Notes: a model not told the origin generated them from the letters alone. A stretch of 32,000 nucleotides of DNA from Faecalibaculum rodentium (GCF_001564455.1 NZ_CP011391.1:1680001-1712000); one strand, 5' to 3'. Shown: positions 17,901 to 24,971, counted from the first letter of the stretch. Program-made: numbers and translations.

Positions 17901-19511
17901 ATAAGTCTTGGTATTGTTTCTTGAGTACTCAAACTCAGCAGTACACTTGATCCGGTCATATCGGACATCAATCACTGTGGAACCATCTGCCGCAATTGTG
18001 GTTGTTTTGGATGAGTTCGACCCATTGTACCTGAATCCCGTCCAGTCTTTATCATTTGAAGGATCAACTTCGCTGCCGGTCAGCGCTTTTTTTGTAGCTG
18101 TTTCGGCATAATCGTATTTTTTGGCCGCATCAGCTGCATTGACATCATCCGATACACTTTGCTTCCAGTAGCGGACAGTATAGCTGACTTCTATCGCTTC
18201 CCACTTTGCGTCTACTGTGACAGCTTTTGCGCCTTCGGGAACATTCGCAATGGTAATGGTCTTTACGTCTTTGCCGTTCAGGGTCCAGCCTGCAAATTCA
18301 TATCCTTCCCGGACAGGTTTTTCGTTCAGGTCAATGGTCTGACCAATGGTAAATTCTTTCGAGTTTACAAACGAACCGCCATTCGAGTTGAAATTCAGCG
18401 TATAGGAGATCGCTGCATACTCCACTTCCACCACTGTGTCCCCTTCCGGAGAGATGATGCTGTTGGAATAATACAGGCGGGTATAGCCTTCTTTTTCCGG
18501 GGCCTGTACATCGGTCATTGTTCCGACTTTGCCTGTGCGAGTCTCTGTCTCGACTTTGTTATTCGGGTAAATATACTTGACCGTATATTCCGCTTCACCA
18601 GGCACATACACGAAGGAGAATTCCTGATCACCCTGAATATCCAGATCCAGCCTCGCAGGAGCCTCCTCTTTTTTATTGCCCTCTCCATCGGCATAGTACA
18701 GCGTATAGCCTTTTTTCTGCTTCAGCGTGATGGTCTGCTGGCCATACTCCACCTTCTGCTGTTCCAGAACAGGGACATTGGAGCCTTCAGTAAAGTAATA
18801 GAAATACAGGTAGGCTTCCTCTTTTTTCTCAGTGTCCGCATTCGCTGCCGGTGCTTTTGCCGGTTTCTCTGGGGTTTCTTCCTTTGGCCGTTCCTTTTCG
18901 GCTTCATTGTTTTCAGCCTTCGGCGTTGTATCCGTATAGTGAAGGACAATGGTCTGACCCGGTTCCAGCTTGGTGACTGCATCGGAGTTTTCCACTGTAT
19001 AGAAGAAATCGTTTTCCCAGCGTCTTACTTCTGTAATACGGATCCCGTTGTTGTCGACATCCGCAAAGTCAAACTCTGCATTCTCCACTCTGGGTGCAAT
19101 GTCTTTGTTGATCTTTCCCAGATCCATGGTCCTGACTGTATCCAGGACCCGGCCGGTATCCGCAACAGCCTGGGCCGGTGCTTTACCGGTGGTTTCCATA
19201 TCCTGGAACTCTGGAAGTTTTGTTTCCTCCTCTTCCACCGGTGTCGTTTCTGCCGGAACCGGTGCCGCTTCCTGTACTGCCGGAACTTCCGCAGATGCCT
19301 GAACATCAGGTTCAGTTGTGACGGTTTCTTGAACAGGTTCCTCAATTGCCACGTCGTCAGAGATTACATCTGCCGTCTGACCGTCAGCAGCTTCGTCAAT
19401 GATGGGTTCATTGTCTTCCCCTTCGCTGGCCAGCACAGCCCAGGGCTGTCCCGTTGCCTGAAGGGTCATCAAAAACGCCAGCGTGGCCGCCAGATTCTTC
19501 TTAGACTTCAT
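11985..19511 (-). CDS. Giant secreted, cell-surface repeat adhesin (~2,508 aa): Listeria-Bacteroides repeats, MucBP-like domains, and an alternating MBG(YDG)/Ig-like module array, with a C-terminal TM anchor
   Basis: The probable start MKSKKNLAATLAFLMTLQATGQPWAVLASEG (signal peptide) is at the complement of 19509-19511 with GAAAGGA upstream. The ORF-track start at 19589 is a 5' UTR read-through. Listeria-Bacteroides repeat motifs: YTLNFNSNGGSF...GYEFAGWT, YYTFAGWYLDPAF, GHTFAGWYMDEAC. MucBP-like: PVTIKYVNADTGESL. There are at least 12 copies of ...K.YDG..LTAGG...G...V..TGSQT.VG...N.......NY.......G.L.V. The C-terminus is a Pro/Glu-rich spacer, a hydrophobic segment and RRDKKKKDEE. Confidence 0.9.
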   Translation of the reverse strand: MKSKKNLAATLAFLMTLQATGQPWAVLASEGEDNEPIIDEAADGQTADVISDDVAIEEPVQETVTTEPDVQASAEVPAVQEAAPVPAETTPVEEEETKLPEFQDMETTGKAPAQAVADTGRVLDTVRTMDLGKINKDIAPRVENAEFDFADVDNNGIRITEVRRWENDFFYTVENSDAVTKLEPGQTIVLHYTDTTPKAENNEAEKERPKEETPEKPAKAPAANADTEKKEEAYLYFYYFTEGSNVPVLEQQKVEYGQQTITLKQKKGYTLYYADGEGNKKEEAPARLDLDIQGDQEFSFVYVPGEAEYTVKYIYPNNKVETETRTGKVGTMTDVQAPEKEGYTRLYYSNSIISPEGDTVVEVEYAAISYTLNFNSNGGSFVNSKEFTIGQTIDLNEKPVREGYEFAGWTLNGKDVKTITIANVPEGAKAVTVDAKWEAIEVSYTVRYWKQSVSDDVNAADAAKKYDYAETATKKALTGSEVDPSNDKDWTGFRYNGSNSSKTTTIAADGSTVIDVRYDRIKCTAEFEYSRNNTKTYVGLFGAPFTDEKGNSLWDSSKMWETSRTGALLLTTYDFHTAGYGEETKEDGSGNWSLKFTIRGDSSRYHIAYYNEQYDGSYQLADTIMAGNGSFNVYEKYAGYKLYKYSTKSSGDFTSAEFWSKNGTGIRNEGTSVDINRGTPTKVASNLEKYHIQYSSWNTIVKEIKDVKYTTPLGEISKYTSATDGWNYTPELPAGKGSYYTFAGWYLDPAFTQPVTDGVTMPNGNLILYAKWEAKAFDVTLHYNNGSADKLLHDDIEGGSRIGEITEKPEFAGHTFAGWYMDEACTIPFSADKTVEGDTDIYAKWTAKDTMPVTIKYVNADTGESLAGDDSTLARPGKTITVQAKSIQDMTPETPYINYTVDAGKENVIVFKYHPMVQKYYQVLYKDVDTDTIIASSEILRNNMKEEFTVRADGIPENYELVSGEPAVQIINSKDLSTDEDSPFSVIFNVCKKKVQLTYDINAAGLVSTYDGTTHVLPAGRADRGTVVYSTDGGTTWTKTLPSAKDASRTTVKVKATDESGKYADSDVVTVQLVVNPKEITAKALDADKEYDGKPLTAGGKIDGLVTGEDAAVKTSGSQTNVGSSTNTFEGIDWNGSAKEGNYELVKSSNGTLTVTAAPADQNKITLKSGETTYIGLNQTLANGATGGADGTVYLYATSKDSNEWSEELPKFTDAGTYTIWAKGVNKNYEDSFTSAEFIIKPAKLIAAADSRTEPYTGEAITAGGTLNGLVNGETATVTATGSQTEVGFSENKAVISWDGTAKESNYVVEYINGRLEVTPADAAQLGLEFAGKEVVYNAANQNLNPAAVTVVKGTKITYSTDKKTWTEEMPAFYDAGKYTVYARAENSNYETAEVSAVLTITQAPLTVTTKSAERKYTGQALTAPGSIEGWMGNDDNIASFAVTGSQTNVGESTNSYTITWNNVKETNYKIEETLGTLKITTAPAEDLKLEFEGKTEQYTAKNQSLDAATAIDGAVIEYSVDGENWTATMPSYKDVKEGGYKVIARAVKGGYETATKEAVLTITPAPVTVTTKSARKVYDGKALTAGGQIEGVLGDDKVEFSVTGSQTEAGSSMNSYDLKWTGATSTNYKVSEDLGTLTVEKAEGSITINDGDKNITADGINRMYDGTTSVITAKTNAVNDTETVFEYLVNGEKFDGNPYFKDVVKGTVTVKATNPNYNFGEDGVTVDVVITKRPVTLTSATLDKVYDGTALTNGENELRIGGENFVAGEGLANVDFTASITNVAESKTANAFDYTLNEETTKASNYTITKSEGSLSITPRTVLLQSEPASKVYDGTPLTNHTVIELDGSLGFVEGEFSDYKFAETATVTNVGTAENAFDVVLTDGKSLENYDIQKSFGKLEVTDANGTIDVDPGTSAFMEGNSISKIYDGIEVSLTVVTKNSENIVIDTDYSYVVNGEAVDQLPTMLDAGEWTITFTPKDENLKNLSKTVTVTIKQREYTVTTDGAEKVYDGSALTAAGITIENIVEGETLSARTTGSQTNAGESANTYSLEFDGTAKASNYKLADEKLGLLKVTAAQPTIDFTPDTDMEITATGFRKKYDGQTTTVAAAAKLKNGEHVDGNFTYTVKNLETGEEYTSKEAPAFTNSGKWEVTATTDNENCKETSKTVTVEILKRNVLLVSEDQEWVYDGTEHKHEKAYVHESGDGFVKGEEPEFHSFASITDAGTTENTFSYRFNKRSGATTLSRVARFLGIASEDPDNIAANYNIEVQHGTLKVKKADARHHNLTLADKTVTYNGKDQMLDAASSDIKDAKIQYSVDGQTWTDELPAFTHVGKYTVKVRAMHNNYEDAETSAVLEVVPAKLTVTTESAEKVYDGKALTAGGSVTGLAEGDEVELLLTGSQTEVGESANTYELKWIKADAADYEVTEAIGTLKVTPKPAEPAEPEAPKKDETPEAPEKSDARKPNKVVTALGLDPALWTSIMGAAGLGMIGAAHLSRRDKKKKDEE
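12200..16530 (-). repeat. Coding array of diverged ~85-95-aa modules (YDG/MBG-type alternating with Ig-like AGxYTV-type) inside the adhesin gene
   Basis: Recurrent protein motifs appear throughout: KxYDGxxLTAGG, TGSQTxVGxS, NYxhxxxxGTLxVT, alternating with YSxDGxxWTxxxPxxxxxGxYTVxxRA. The DNA copies are diverged, with no long identical stretches seen. Boundaries are approximate. Confidence 0.7.
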
Positions 19512-19654
19512 ATGTTTCCTTTCTTTGCTCTTTTCAAGCGTTCCATCCAGCGTTGTTTCGTATTGTTTCGTTACAACGTAACAACTCATGGAACTTACTT
19601 AGAAACCATAGCACATAAGTTTACAGAGCAAAAGATTGGAATGTTACTGCGGTA

Positions 19655-19684
19655 AATCTATTGGTACGTTTTGTATTAAGTCAA
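19655..19684 (-). promoter_or_regulatory. Candidate promoter of the adhesin gene
   Basis: Minus strand: TTGACT (complement 19679-19684), 18-nt spacer, TAGATT (complement 19655-19660). This would give a ~135-nt structured 5' UTR. Pattern match only. Confidence 0.3.
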
Positions 19685-19786
19685 TGTAATTGTTTGTATC
19701 TTTTCATGACGTAATGTTACAAGATGACGTCGGGCTCTCATTTTTCCATTAAAATGTGAAACTCTCATAAAATGAAAGCCACGATT

Positions 19787-19813
19787 AAAAGGCCTCCTCT
19801 CGGGAGGTTTTTT
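19787..19813. terminator. Short GC hairpin flanked by A4 and T6 (bidirectional terminator-like) 26 nt beyond the transposase stop
   Basis: AAAAGG, CCTCC (19793-19797), TCTCG, GGAGG (19803-19807), TTTTTT. The U-run is better on the plus strand. Confidence 0.55.
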
Positions 19814-19838
19814 AAATTTCCGAATGCTTACATATTGT

Positions 19839-21260
19839 CTAAATCGTTGATATCGCTCCAGTTTGATATTCACATTGAGCAATTCCTATCTGGGCCAGTA
19901 ACTGCTCTATCTTGTGTTTCATCTCATCATCTGTATTCTGCAGCATCTCTACGATCTCTTTTGCGGTCCTGATAATTGCCGGAGCATCTGTTGCCTCTGC
20001 TGATGTCTCCATACTCTGTTCCCGCTCACTCTGTTCTTTTTCCAATACCGCCGGGATCTGTTTCTTTCTCTCTTGGAAATATTCACCTGTCTGGAACATA
20101 TGATAGGCAAGAACCATCATCTTTCTCGCAATCGCAATCAATGCGCGTTTTTTACCGCGTCGGGCTGCGATAGCCTCATACTTCCCCTTGAAATATGGGT
20201 GCTTCACTGCGTTCAGAGCACATTGAATCAACACAGGCTTTAGATAATATCCGCCTTTTCCAATTTTGACCGATTTATGTTTGTTGTTGCTCTGATTGCT
20301 TTGAGGGCACAGTCCACACCAGCTTATGAAGTGCTTCTCGTTCTTGAACTGTCCCATGTCTGTTCCTGTTTCGCTTAGTATCTGCATCGCCGAAAGCCCG
20401 GAGATTCCCGGGATGGAATCAAGCAAATCAAGATAGGACTTGAATGGTTCGAGAATTTCCGTCATCATTTGTTCGTAGCGTTGGATTTGCGCAGTGAGTC
20501 GGTCAACTCTTTCATACGCATTTTCAAGCTCGAATTTCTGGACGGAGGAGAACTTTGCACCAGCGAATGCTTTGCGAAGTTCTTCTTCTTTTTCTTTGCG
20601 CTCTTTATGGGTGGAGAACCGCATGATCCGGCAGCTTTTCCGTATCCGCTTTTTCACTTCCTCCAAATCCGGTTCCTCTGTCGTGAGCAGGTATTCGATC
20701 ACACTTCGGGCCGACTCTCCTTCGATCCCGGAAAAAACAAGATCCATACGGATATTCGCTTCTGTCAGAATATTCCGGATCCTTCGGATCGTATCCCCTC
20801 TTTCCTGTACCAGTTTAGTTCTGGACCGTGAGAGCCTTCTGGATTCCCGAAGCTCCCGGACCGGGATATATGACTCTCTCAACAGACCGTTGGCCCCAAG
20901 TTCAGCGATCCAGGCACAGTCTTTCTGGTCCGTTTTTTGTCCGGCTATGGTCCGGACGTGCTTTGGGTTGACGATATGGGGTTTCAATCCCATTTCCTCA
21001 CAGACATCAAAAACAGGGGTGGAATACTTTCCGGTCGATTCCATATAAACATCTATCGCTCTGTCTTCCAGATCCGGAAGAGTTGTATAGATCCATTCAC
21101 ACATTGAGGCAAGATCTGTATGATTTGAGTCAAATTTTTTGGTGACGAACACAAGCCCGTCTTTCCCTTTGGCCGGATCTTTGAAGGTCACACAGGCCCA
21201 GACATTATTTCTATGGACATCCAAACCGACACAGACTGGTTTTCTGTTACGAACAGCCAT
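19839..21260 (-). CDS. IS110-family transposase / DEDD recombinase (473 aa)
   Basis: N-terminal VCVGLDVHRNNVWACV (DEDD RuvC-like), a central coiled-coil, and C-terminal LLDSIPGISGLSAMQILSETGTDMGQFKNEKHFISWCGLCPQSNQSNNKHKSVKIGKGGYYLKPVLIQCALNAVKH (IS116/IS110/IS902 domain). GAGAGGAG SD lies 9 nt upstream of the ATG. Confidence 0.92.
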   Translation of the reverse strand: MAVRNRKPVCVGLDVHRNNVWACVTFKDPAKGKDGLVFVTKKFDSNHTDLASMCEWIYTTLPDLEDRAIDVYMESTGKYSTPVFDVCEEMGLKPHIVNPKHVRTIAGQKTDQKDCAWIAELGANGLLRESYIPVRELRESRRLSRSRTKLVQERGDTIRRIRNILTEANIRMDLVFSGIEGESARSVIEYLLTTEEPDLEEVKKRIRKSCRIMRFSTHKERKEKEEELRKAFAGAKFSSVQKFELENAYERVDRLTAQIQRYEQMMTEILEPFKSYLDLLDSIPGISGLSAMQILSETGTDMGQFKNEKHFISWCGLCPQSNQSNNKHKSVKIGKGGYYLKPVLIQCALNAVKHPYFKGKYEAIAARRGKKRALIAIARKMMVLAYHMFQTGEYFQERKKQIPAVLEKEQSEREQSMETSAEATDAPAIIRTAKEIVEMLQNTDDEMKHKIEQLLAQIGIAQCEYQTGAISTI

Positions 21261-21573
21261 GGTCGAAAACTCCTCTCAAACAAAAAAATGCCGGAGTGGA
21301 AGTTGATCCATCCATTGAACTTGTCGAGAAAAAACCGACAGCCTATACAAAATGTTCAGAATATTCGTGATGAATTTCTACCCAGGGATACTATTTAGAT
21401 CAACGGCGACTTATAAAAAAACAATCTCATGAAGACTGTGTGAGAAGTCCGCATGGAATAAATGTGTATCGTGCTCTCACCAGCTCCGGCAAGATAAATA
21501 TAACAGGGGCCGGAACGGCCCCATCTAAGTTTCACTGATCCAAGGGTGGACCTCGCATGCGAGGTCCATGAAT
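21261..21573 (-). ncRNA. Candidate IS110 bridge/seek-type guide RNA region (structured ~310-nt non-coding stretch 5' of the transposase gene); hypothesis only
   Basis: There is no credible ORF here. Several hairpins are present: the GGACCTCGCATGCGAGGTCC palindrome at 21548-21567, GGGGCC-GGAAC-GGCCCC at 21506-22, and a TCTCA/TGAGA stem followed on the minus strand by a U-run at about 21415-21450. IS110 elements are known to encode such RNAs in a non-coding end. I could not fold or align it. Confidence 0.25.
21548..21567. repeat. Perfect 20-nt palindrome
   Basis: GGACCTCGCATGCGAGGTCC equals its own reverse complement. It lies between the recA terminator and the AT-rich IS body. Confidence 0.8.
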
Positions 21574-21604
21574 GAAAAAAAGGCCTCCCCAACCGGAGAG
21601 ACCT
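21574..21604 (-). terminator. recA rho-independent terminator
   Basis: Minus-strand RNA GGUCUCUCC-GGUU-GGGGAGGCC (9 bp including G:U pairs) followed by U7. It lies 21 nt after the recA stop. Confidence 0.8.
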
Positions 21605-21624
21605 CGCTTATTGTGAAGCTGTTC

Positions 21625-22761
21625 TTACTGAATCGGATTGTCCAGACCATGGTTAAGCATCGCCGCCAGATCCGGGTCCATTTCCTGTACACCCGGAAGA
21701 TCGGAGATGTCCACATCGTCCTCTTCCTGATTCTTTCCGGCCATCGCATCCCGCAGCTTCTGTTCCAGCTCGGAGCGGATGTCCTCGTTTTCTTCCATGA
21801 ATTTCTTGGCGGCTTCCTTTCCCTGCCCGACTTTTTCACCGTTGTAGGAATACCAGGCACCCGCTTTCTTCAGGAAGCCGTATTCGACAGACATGTCCAC
21901 CAGTTCGGAGATCCAGGACACGCCCTTGCCATAGACGATTTCCAGTGCGCACTGCTTGAAGGGAGGCGCCACCTTGTTTTTCACGATCTTCACGCGGACT
22001 TTGTTGCCCACGATCTCGCTGCCATTCTTGATCACATCCGTTTTCCGGATATCGATCCGGACAGAGGCATAGAACTTCAGCGCCTTGCCGCCGGGCGTGG
22101 TTTCCGGGTTGCCGTACATGACACCCACCTTTTCACGCAGCTGGTTGATGAAGATCGCCGTGCACTCGTTGTGGTTCATGATGCCCGCCAGCTTCCGCAT
22201 GGCCTTGGACATCATCCGCGCCTGGGCACCCACCTGCAGGTCTCCCATTTCGCCTTCCAGTTCCACCTGAGGCGTCAGGGCCGCAACGGAGTCCACGACC
22301 ACCAGGTCCACGGCGCCGCTTTCAATCAGCATCAGCATGATGTTCAGGCCCTGCTCGCCGGAATCCGGCTGAGACAGGATCAGCTCGTCAATGTTGACAC
22401 CCAGGTTCCGGGCGTAGATAGGATCAATGGCGTTCTCCGCATCAATAAATGCGCAGCGCCCGCCTTTTTTCTGCACCTCGGCAATCGCGTGCAGCGCCAG
22501 TGTGGTTTTACCGGAGGATTCCGGACCGTAGATTTCCACTACCCGGCCCTTGGGATATCCCCCGATCCCCAGTGCCTGGTCCAGCAGCAGGGAGCCGGAA
22601 GGGATGGGTTCCACATCCATGCTCGGGCGTTCACCCAGCTTCATGACCGCTCCGGTACCGTACTCTTTCTCTATGTCTTTCAGGACATCCGCCAGCAGCT
22701 GGTCTTTGTCCTTTTCCTTTGCTGTTTTATCTTTCTTGACAGTTTCCTGTTTTCTCGCCAT
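21625..22761 (-). CDS. recA: Recombinase RecA
   Basis: 378-aa [23 protein letters not shown] (Walker A) and canonical RecA sequence throughout, with an acidic C-terminal tail. GGAGGA lies 6 nt upstream of the ATG. Confidence 0.97.
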   Translation of the reverse strand: MARKQETVKKDKTAKEKDKDQLLADVLKDIEKEYGTGAVMKLGERPSMDVEPIPSGSLLLDQALGIGGYPKGRVVEIYGPESSGKTTLALHAIAEVQKKGGRCAFIDAENAIDPIYARNLGVNIDELILSQPDSGEQGLNIMLMLIESGAVDLVVVDSVAALTPQVELEGEMGDLQVGAQARMMSKAMRKLAGIMNHNECTAIFINQLREKVGVMYGNPETTPGGKALKFYASVRIDIRKTDVIKNGSEIVGNKVRVKIVKNKVAPPFKQCALEIVYGKGVSWISELVDMSVEYGFLKKAGAWYSYNGEKVGQGKEAAKKFMEENEDIRSELEQKLRDAMAGKNQEEDDVDISDLPGVQEMDPDLAAMLNHGLDNPIQ

Positions 22762-23239
22762 TCAGTTCCTCCTTCATGACCCGCAGCAGCCGCTCTGTCA
22801 TGTCCCGGACCACTCCGGTCCGGATGTCATTGCGGGATGCGTGGTCGAAATCGTATCTGTATATCCGGCAGCCGGTGCCACTGGCAACCGCACAGTAGAC
22901 AAGACCCGCCGGTTTTCCTTCCGAACCCGATGGTCCGGCATTGCCGGTAAAGGACACCGCATAATCCGCCCCGGTCAGCACCCGGGTGTTTTCCGCCATG
23001 GCCCTGGCACAGCGTTCGGATACCGCGCCGTACTGTTCCAGGATGACCGGATCCACATGGGCCAGCCATTCCTTCATCTTATTTGTATACGTCACAAATC
23101 CGCCGCGCAGCACATCACTGGCTCCCGGAACTGCGGCCAGGGTGGCCATGAACAGTCCGGCGGTCAGCGACTCGCACGCGGCAATGGTGACATGATGGTC
23201 CCGGGCACAGGACAGAAGCGCTTCGGCGGTTTCCATCAC
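22727..23239 (-). CDS. pncC: CinA C-terminal-domain protein (PncC-type nicotinamide-nucleotide amidohydrolase), lacking the N-terminal MoCF domain
   Basis: 170-aa [45 protein letters not shown]...[10 protein letters not shown]...KPAGLVY is the CinA-C/PncC pattern. Its start overlaps the pgsA stop, and its last 35 nt overlap the recA start. Confidence 0.85.
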   Translation of the reverse strand: MMETAEALLSCARDHHVTIAACESLTAGLFMATLAAVPGASDVLRGGFVTYTNKMKEWLAHVDPVILEQYGAVSERCARAMAENTRVLTGADYAVSFTGNAGPSGSEGKPAGLVYCAVASGTGCRIYRYDFDHASRNDIRTGVVRDMTERLLRVMKEELNGEKTGNCQER

Positions 23240-23814
23240 ATGGTCTCCAGGACGTATTTCTTCAGTTTCTCAAAATAGATCCAGCCGCTGTAGAGGCTTG
23301 CCGCACAGGCAGCCCACAGCAGGATCTGCGCCACGGGCAAACCGATCAGCGCAAAGGGCCAGTTGTGGAGCAGAAGCAGCGCAATCGCAAACATCTGCAG
23401 CACGGTCTTCACCTTGCCCCACCAGCCGGCGGACACCACTTCGCCGCTTTTCGCGGCACTCATCCTCAGTCCGTCCACGATCAGGTCCCGGGCGGTCATG
23501 AGCAGCACCGCTGCCACGCTTGCCTGGTGGCTCCAGGCCAGCAGAATCAGCAGAGTATTCACAAGCAGCTTGTCCGCAATGGGATCCGCAAACTTGCCAA
23601 AGGACGTGATCAGGTTCCGGCTCCTTGCGATGTTTCCGTCCAGGAAATCTGTGAAGGATGCAATGGCGAAGATCGCAAAGACGATCAGGTCACGGCCGCC
23701 CAGTCCAATGGACGGGACCACCGGTGCCCAGTCTGCAGGGACCGCCAGATAGATGATGGCCGCGGCGGGAACCATCAGGATCCGCATCAGCGTGAGTTTA
23801 TTCGGCAGGTTCAT
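23236..23814 (-). CDS. pgsA: CDP-diacylglycerol--glycerol-3-phosphate 3-phosphatidyltransferase
   Basis: True start MNLPNKLTLMRILMVP (complement 23812-23814). CDP-alcohol phosphatidyltransferase motif DFLDGNIARSRNLITSFGKFADPIADK. 192 aa. Confidence 0.9.
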   Translation of the reverse strand: MNLPNKLTLMRILMVPAAAIIYLAVPADWAPVVPSIGLGGRDLIVFAIFAIASFTDFLDGNIARSRNLITSFGKFADPIADKLLVNTLLILLAWSHQASVAAVLLMTARDLIVDGLRMSAAKSGEVVSAGWWGKVKTVLQMFAIALLLLHNWPFALIGLPVAQILLWAACAASLYSGWIYFEKLKKYVLETM

Positions 23815-24796
23815 TCTGCTCTCCTTGCTCTGCTGCAGCCTCTTCCTTTGCTGCTCCGGCAGCCTGCACCACATCGATGGTGATGATGGCTTCGCCGTTT
23901 TCATTGAGTTCCGGCGTCACGCTCTGTCCGTTGACTGTGAGCTTCATGCCCTCGGGAACCGCCGGCTGAAACAGCAGGGTACCCGGTGCATTCATGGTCA
24001 CGGTCTGGGAGAAGGAATCCGTGTACTGGGAGGTGTCGTTGAGCACGGCACCGGCTTCGGTCAGCCAGACCGTGGAGGGAGCCGAAAACTTCGCCTCGAT
24101 CGCCACTTCCGGCGGCGTGTCAAATGTGCTTGTCACTGTCACGGTGCTGCCCGACACAGAGGTCGTGTCTTCCACCTTCGGAGTCTCTTCCTGTTCAGGC
24201 TGTGCATTGTCCAGGCCCTGTTCCCTGCGGCGCAGTTCGGCGAGCCTGGCAGTTTCCGCTTCCTTGTCCTTTGCTTCCTGGTCTGCCGCGGCCTGTGCCT
24301 GCGCAGCCTGGCTGGCCCGGATCTGGTTCATGCCGGCCCACAGGCCGAAGCCGCCGCACAGGATGATCCCCGCAATGATGACGGCCTTCATGGACAGCTT
24401 GCGCCGCGGCTTTCGCGACAGCGACCGGCTGGTGGATGCCACCCGGTTCTGGTAGCTGGACCGGCCGGTCCGCCTGACTCTGGATTCGTTGGTGTCCATG
24501 GGCATGGACGCTGCCATGCGCTTCTGGGCCTGGGTGAGGGCCATGTTGCGCAGATGGGCATAGTGCTTGATGGATCCGTCCACTTCTTCCTGCAGCATGC
24601 TCCAGTTCACACCGAGCGCTTCGCAATAGGAACGGATGAAGTACCGGACAAAGGACAGGTCGTCCGAAAAGACGTCCAGGTCGTTGTCCTCGATTGCCTT
24701 GATATATTCAGGTGCAAGTCTTGTCTGGGCCGAAACGTCCTGAATCGACAGTTTCAGGTCCGTCCGCCGCTTTTTTAAGATTTCATAATACCGCAC
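23798..24796 (-). CDS. rodZ: RodZ/YmfM-like cytoskeleton protein (HTH + TM + DUF4115-like C-domain)
   Basis: GTG start (complement 24794-24796), 6 nt after AAGGGGGA. N-terminal XRE-type HTH (LKKRRTDLKLSIQDVSAQTRLAPEYIKAIEDNDLDVF), one TM segment (AVIIAGIILCGGFGLWAG) and a beta-rich C-terminus. Conserved position upstream of pgsA-cinA-recA. Confidence 0.75.
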   Translation of the reverse strand: MRYYEILKKRRTDLKLSIQDVSAQTRLAPEYIKAIEDNDLDVFSDDLSFVRYFIRSYCEALGVNWSMLQEEVDGSIKHYAHLRNMALTQAQKRMAASMPMDTNESRVRRTGRSSYQNRVASTSRSLSRKPRRKLSMKAVIIAGIILCGGFGLWAGMNQIRASQAAQAQAAADQEAKDKEAETARLAELRRREQGLDNAQPEQEETPKVEDTTSVSGSTVTVTSTFDTPPEVAIEAKFSAPSTVWLTEAGAVLNDTSQYTDSFSQTVTMNAPGTLLFQPAVPEGMKLTVNGQSVTPELNENGEAIITIDVVQAAGAAKEEAAAEQGEQNEPAE

Positions 24797-24971
24797 CGAA
24801 AATCCCCCTTTGAGAAATAATTATACCAAAGGCATACGGGCTTCGTTAAGGACAGCAGCCATGAAATCTGTTTCTATTATATGTCCTGTACCGGCACTAT
24901 ACATGCCTGATATGCGAATTGCTTACAGAAACTGCCAAAAAAAGATATGATATCAGAGATGAGGTGAATGT

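Larger units (their letters stand above)
19799..21577 (-). mobile_element. IS110-family insertion sequence (presence is firm; boundaries are tentative)
   Basis: It contains a DEDD/IS110-type transposase gene and is by eye much more AT-rich than the flanks. The tentative ends are set by an identical 11-mer AAAAGGCCTCC at 19787-19797 and 21578-21588. No terminal inverted repeats were seen, which is usual for IS110. Confidence 0.5.

Noticed and set aside
19700-19735. Direct ATGACGT repeats and the GTAATGTTAC near-palindrome as possible IS terminal repeats
   Set aside because: I found no matching inverted or direct copy at the other end of the element (21261-21577). They are too short to be meaningful alone.
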